Shown piece after piece: positions 61,029 to 64,000 of a stretch of DNA of 64,000 bases. Where the stretch lies: contig JAFXZL010000002.1 of NCBI GenBank assembly GCA_017541245.1, positions 18,877 through 82,876 of the forward strand, read 5' to 3'. Within the stretch, counting starts at the first letter, position 1. Each line of letters begins with the position of its first letter. The notes beneath the pieces were generated by a model. It was not told where the DNA came from and ran no database searches. It was given only the letters and a program-made list of their open reading frames with translations. Origin of the DNA: Candidatus Saccharimonadota bacterium (GTDB taxonomy: Bacteria > Patescibacteriota > Saccharimonadia > Saccharimonadales > Saccharimonadaceae). A program made the position numbers and the translations under genes.

Positions 61029-61526
61029 ATGAAACTATTCGTAAACGAAAAGTTGTTATCCCTACACGATAAGTTCTACATTAATGACGAGGCTGGCAAT
61101 AATATCCTCGAGATATCTAGTCAGATAATTTCAATTGGCCGCAAAAGCTGGGTAAAAGATCTACAAGGAAATGAGCTGGCATATCTAGAGCAGGAAATCT
61201 TGCATCTGATGCCACATTACAATATTTACATCGGCGGGCAACTACAGTGTCAGATCGTAAAGAAGTTCAAGTTGCTCAAGAATGATTACGAGCTTTCGAA
61301 TGGTTACAAAATCAATGGCGACTGGCTTGCGTTAGATTTCGCCGTTTATGACAACACGGGGGCGCTTGCTGGTTCAATTAAGCGCAAATTCTTCACGATT
61401 GGCGACAAATACGAAATAGACATCGTGAACGAAAAAGATTTCATTCTAGTCCTAGCCATTATTATGGCAATTACGACCGATATCAACCGCTCGCAAAGAA
61501 ACTCTGCTTCGTCATTTAACGATTAG
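61029..61526 (+). CDS. LURP-one-related (LOR/YxjI, tubby C-terminal-like fold) protein
   Basis: The pattern KLLSLHDKFYINDEAGNNILEI...FKLLKNDYEL...GDWLALDFAVYDNTG..AGSIKRKFFTIGDKYEIDI is typical of the LOR family. Confidence 0.7.
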   Translation: MKLFVNEKLLSLHDKFYINDEAGNNILEISSQIISIGRKSWVKDLQGNELAYLEQEILHLMPHYNIYIGGQLQCQIVKKFKLLKNDYELSNGYKINGDWLALDFAVYDNTGALAGSIKRKFFTIGDKYEIDIVNEKDFILVLAIIMAITTDINRSQRNSASSFND

Positions 61527-61534
61527 GAGAAAAT

Positions 61535-61777
61535 ATGCCAAAGAAGAAAAAAGCCAAAGATAATAAAAAAATGATTGCTGCAATCTGTGGCGGTGCCGTA
61601 ATTGCGATTATCATAATCGTCGTAGCGTTAAATACTATCATTATTAGAAATGACTGCGATTCGCCTTGTCGTGACAACGATAATCCAAATAGCTTTTGCG
61701 CGGCAGTTTGCGTGAAGACCGAGCAGACGCTTTGGGAATATTTAACTGGCCAGGATCCAAGATTCGTCGGGTATTAA
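61535..61777 (+). CDS. small TM-anchored 4-Cys protein (paralog 1)
   Basis: K-rich N-terminus and one TM, followed by DCDSPC...FCAAVC...TLWEY. Confidence 0.55.
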   Translation: MPKKKKAKDNKKMIAAICGGAVIAIIIIVVALNTIIIRNDCDSPCRDNDNPNSFCAAVCVKTEQTLWEYLTGQDPRFVGY

Positions 61778-61778
61778 A

Positions 61779-62003
61779 ATGGCGCAAAATACTAAACAGA
61801 AAAAACAGGCAAAGCAAATTATAGGACTAGTAGTCGGCCTACTGGCCGTAATCGCCTTTGCGGCAGTTATTTTTTGGAGCATCACAAGCCGGATCGCATT
61901 AGACGAGTGTGCACCACCAGATTGTAGTAATGTAGACGAAGAGACCTGTCATTTGATGGGGTGTCGCCAAATTACTCTTTGGGATTCGTTTTTTGAAAAC
62001 TAG
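61779..62003 (+). CDS. small TM-anchored 4-Cys protein (paralog 2)
   Basis: K-rich N-terminus and one TM, followed by ECAPPDC...TCHLMGC...TLWDS. It starts 1 nt after the previous stop. Confidence 0.55.
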   Translation: MAQNTKQKKQAKQIIGLVVGLLAVIAFAAVIFWSITSRIALDECAPPDCSNVDEETCHLMGCRQITLWDSFFEN

Positions 62004-62080
62004 GAATGCCTATCATAATCCTGTCGTTGGCTAGCAGCAATAGAGAATAGCCCGTACTATTTTACCTGTATAATATATGT

Positions 62081-62491
62081 ATGAAAATTTGTATTTGTTG
62101 TAGTTTGTCGTTTTCTGACGAAGTAAAAAAGATTGCCGCAAAGCTAGAGGCGATGGGGCATGAAGTATTGTTGCCAAACGGCATCTTATTAGACGTAATG
62201 AAAGATCCGAATTTTGACCCAGTAAAAGCAAAAACTTGCAACGGATACAATGCAATACGTGACCACTTCAGCAAGATATTAGAAGCAGACGCCATGCTAA
62301 TCTGCAATTATACGAAGAAGCGCATTAAAAACTATATTGGCGCAAACACATTCCTAGAGGCTGGTTTTGCATATTACCACGAGAAACCAATCTACGCTTT
62401 AAATCCATTGCCAAATCAAAAATACATCCACGACGAGATTCATTCCTTTGGTATCAAAGTGCTCAATGGTGATTTAAGTGGGATTAAATAA
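62081..62491 (+). CDS. nucleoside 2-deoxyribosyltransferase-like (Rossmann-like) protein
   Basis: The layout MKICICCSLSF..EVKKIAAKLEAMGHEVLLP...ADAMLICN...YIGANTFLEAGFAYYHEKPIY resembles the Nuc_deoxyrib_tr-like family. Not verified. Confidence 0.45.
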   Translation: MKICICCSLSFSDEVKKIAAKLEAMGHEVLLPNGILLDVMKDPNFDPVKAKTCNGYNAIRDHFSKILEADAMLICNYTKKRIKNYIGANTFLEAGFAYYHEKPIYALNPLPNQKYIHDEIHSFGIKVLNGDLSGIK

Positions 62492-62492
62492 G

Positions 62493-63188
62493 CTAACTTT
62501 TCTTCAAAAGAAGAATTGTGGTTGTCGGATAAATCATACCGGTAGCCACATATAAGCAAGCCAAAATATTGCTAGCTAAAATCCCAGTGGTTGGATCTTT
62601 TTGCATAATCTTATCAGTCATTGCGCCAGTGATTGTTCGCATTGTAAAGCAGTTATTCAAACACCCGCTATAGTTTATCAACAAAAGGGTTAGTATTGAT
62701 ATGACTAGGAATGCGGCCAATATTGCAGCTTGTTTATCCTTGAGGGCTTTAATTTCAAGATCGCCGCCCCGCATAGCGTTCTTGATCTTAAGCTTCGTAG
62801 AAATGTTTTGCGCAAATGATATGACGCAAACTATCAAAACCACCGCAGCAACATTGAGAACTATAAGTGTATCGGCGAGATCTGGTTGCTCATTACTATA
62901 ACAGACCTCGTATGGATAATCTTCATATTTTTGTGTCATTTCCGTACACTTTTTTTGAATATATTCCTCATCAACTCTATTATGGTTAAGGTTGATGATT
63001 GCTATAGCACTAGCGAATATCGCAGTAAACACGGCAAGAACTATAGCCATCAGAGTTATGAAGCTAAGCGTAGAGTATCTTTTTGACTGCTCTTCCGTAA
63101 CTTTAATTTGTGGTTCTGTTTCTTTATCCATTACGTAATCTTTAGTTTTTGTGTCTGCCTGTTTATCGTTATGCTTTTCTTGCTCCAT
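62493..63188 (-). CDS. membrane protein, unknown function
   Basis: Hydrophilic N-terminus, then about four TM segments. TATTAT lies 6 nt upstream of the ATG. Confidence 0.6.
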   Translation of the reverse strand: MEQEKHNDKQADTKTKDYVMDKETEPQIKVTEEQSKRYSTLSFITLMAIVLAVFTAIFASAIAIINLNHNRVDEEYIQKKCTEMTQKYEDYPYEVCYSNEQPDLADTLIVLNVAAVVLIVCVISFAQNISTKLKIKNAMRGGDLEIKALKDKQAAILAAFLVISILTLLLINYSGCLNNCFTMRTITGAMTDKIMQKDPTTGILASNILACLYVATGMIYPTTTILLLKKS

Positions 63189-63248
63189 AACAATATAATA
63201 ACATCCTTTGTAAACATAAAAAATCCACCTCTCTGGTGGCTTTTATCC

Positions 63249-63337
63249 AATGCTCCCGGGACTGAGGCGCCCGGTCGTTATACCCAATCATGGATTAAGG
63301 GTATAATGCTCCCGGGGCTGAGGCGCCCGGTCGTTAT
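63249..63337. repeat. two 33-nt GC-rich direct repeats, period 56 nt (copy E3 of the dispersed family, weaker link)
   Basis: AATGCTCCCGGG(A/G)CTGAGGCGCCCGGTCGTTAT occurs at 63249-63281 and 63305-63337, matching at 32/33. Each has a CCGGG...CCCGG hairpin. The core GGCGCCCGGTCGTTA resembles GGCGCCCGTCGTTG at about 27970. Confidence 0.7.
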
Positions 63338-63432
63338 CCGAAGAAGCAAACGCTACGCGTTTTGTGAAGCAAAGCTTCACTCACCCCATCGCGTAGCTTT
63401 CGCTATCTTCGAACAAGTTCGAGATAGACGAA

Positions 63433-63454
63433 AAGCCACCCGTTGGGGTGGCTT
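63433..63454 (-). terminator. intrinsic terminator of the rRNA operon
   Basis: AAGCCACCC-caac-GGGTGGCTT on the minus strand, followed by TTTC. It lies about 10 nt after the 5S 3' end. Confidence 0.7.
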
Positions 63455-63461
63455 CTTCGTA

Positions 63462-63575
63462 TAATTCGGCATCTTGCTAGTTTCCCGCAAAGCAGTATAA
63501 TCGCCGCTACCAGGCTTGACTTCTGTGTTCGGGATGAGAACAGGTATTTCCCTGGCGCTATGGACACCGAGAAAA
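63462..63575 (-). rRNA. rrf: 5S ribosomal RNA (ends approximate)
   Basis: The reverse complement reads ...TCGGTGTCCATAGCGCCAGGGAAATACCTGTTCTCATCCCGAACACAGAAGTCAAGCCTGGTAGCGGCGATTATACTGC...GATGCCGA. It contains the universal CCGAACACAGAAGT(C/T)AAGC core and pairing termini. Confidence 0.85.
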
Positions 63576-63739
63576 GACACTAAGGGCGTACCGAAAATCC
63601 AATGGTACTGTTTTAGTATCTTATCTCGATGTAAGATGCAATGAAATTTTAATTGACTTGGTGATTAAACACCAATTACTAGTTAAGTCTACTCTACTTA
63701 TTGTATCTATGCAAGCATAAAAGCAATAAGTAGAAACAT

Positions 63740-64000
63740 AAAAAGGCAATGCCTCTATTAGTATGCTTCGGCTCCACATGTTGCCATGCGTCCACCTTGC
63801 ACCTATCAACCAGATCATCTTTCTGGGAGGTCATAGGGAATTCTTATCTTGGAGTCAGTTTCGCGCTTAATATGCTTTCAGCGCTTATCTATTCCGAACA
63901 TAGCTACTCGGCAATGCAGCAGGTGGCCACAACCGATACACTAGAGATTCGTTCACCTCGGTCCTCTCGTACTAGAGGCAAATCTCCTCAAAATTCCTAA
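63740..64000 (-). rRNA. rrl: 23S ribosomal RNA, 3'-terminal ~260 nt (partial; continues beyond the window)
   Basis: The reverse complement contains the sarcin-ricin loop region CTAGTACGAGAGGACCGAGGTG, then GCTGAAAGCATATTAAGCGCGAAAC and GGTTGATAGG...ACTAATAG near the 3' end. Confidence 0.9.

Noticed and set aside
63249-63337. Possible CRISPR array
   Set aside because: There are only two 33-nt repeats with a 23-nt spacer, no further units and no cas genes in the window. I treated it as a dispersed or tandem repeat instead.
63345-63430. tRNA gene downstream of 5S rRNA
   Set aside because: An 8-bp acceptor-like stem exists (63352-63359 / 63390-63397), but the enclosed sequence is only about 30 nt with one hairpin. 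There is no T-loop GTTCRANYC motif or cloverleaf.
1-64000. Stop-codon recoding (UGA as sense, as in some CPR lineages)
   Set aside because: Well-supported genes terminate at TGA (e.g. 31351-31353, 33380-33382, 9663-9665). No conserved protein is interrupted by in-frame TGA. The standard code fits.

Overview
This is a dense, mostly housekeeping 64-kb stretch with about 65 CDS. It uses the standard genetic code, because TGA is used as a stop (e.g. 31351-31353). By eye the G+C is in the mid-40s %. The 3' end of a 23S rRNA and a 5S rRNA lie on the minus strand at the right edge. Gene content includes RNase J, an AlaRS lacking the C-Ala domain, K/A-rich tails on core proteins, several CHAP/LysM wall hydrolases, FtsEX, a MoxR-vWA operon and P-type ATPases, with no biosynthetic operons. 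This fits a reduced-genome CPR/Patescibacteria (Saccharibacteria-like) epibiont, but that is inference only. I saw no CRISPR array, tRNA, transposase or integrase. The most notable signals are these. (1) Seven compositionally foreign, self-contained expression cassettes are wedged between housekeeping genes, five of them at 46-56 kb. Each has a near-consensus promoter with an exact 17-nt spacer, a structured leader, a strong SD, a CDS with C/G-ending codons and no recognisable family, and a GC-rich terminator. (2) A dispersed GC-rich hairpin/inverted-repeat element family occurs in three intergenic regions, including a ~286-nt long inverted repeat. (3) At least 12 native genes show a leaderless-type architecture, with a -10 box 6-7 nt from the ATG, including divergent pairs sharing intergenic regions of 33 bp or less. 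(4) A complete Bat-like MoxR-DUF58-TM-vWA-vWA-TPR operon is present. (5) A histidine kinase, an output-less response regulator with a Pro/Ala tail and a Gln-rich disordered protein form an apparent operon. All family assignments come from motifs read by eye. No searches or computations were run.
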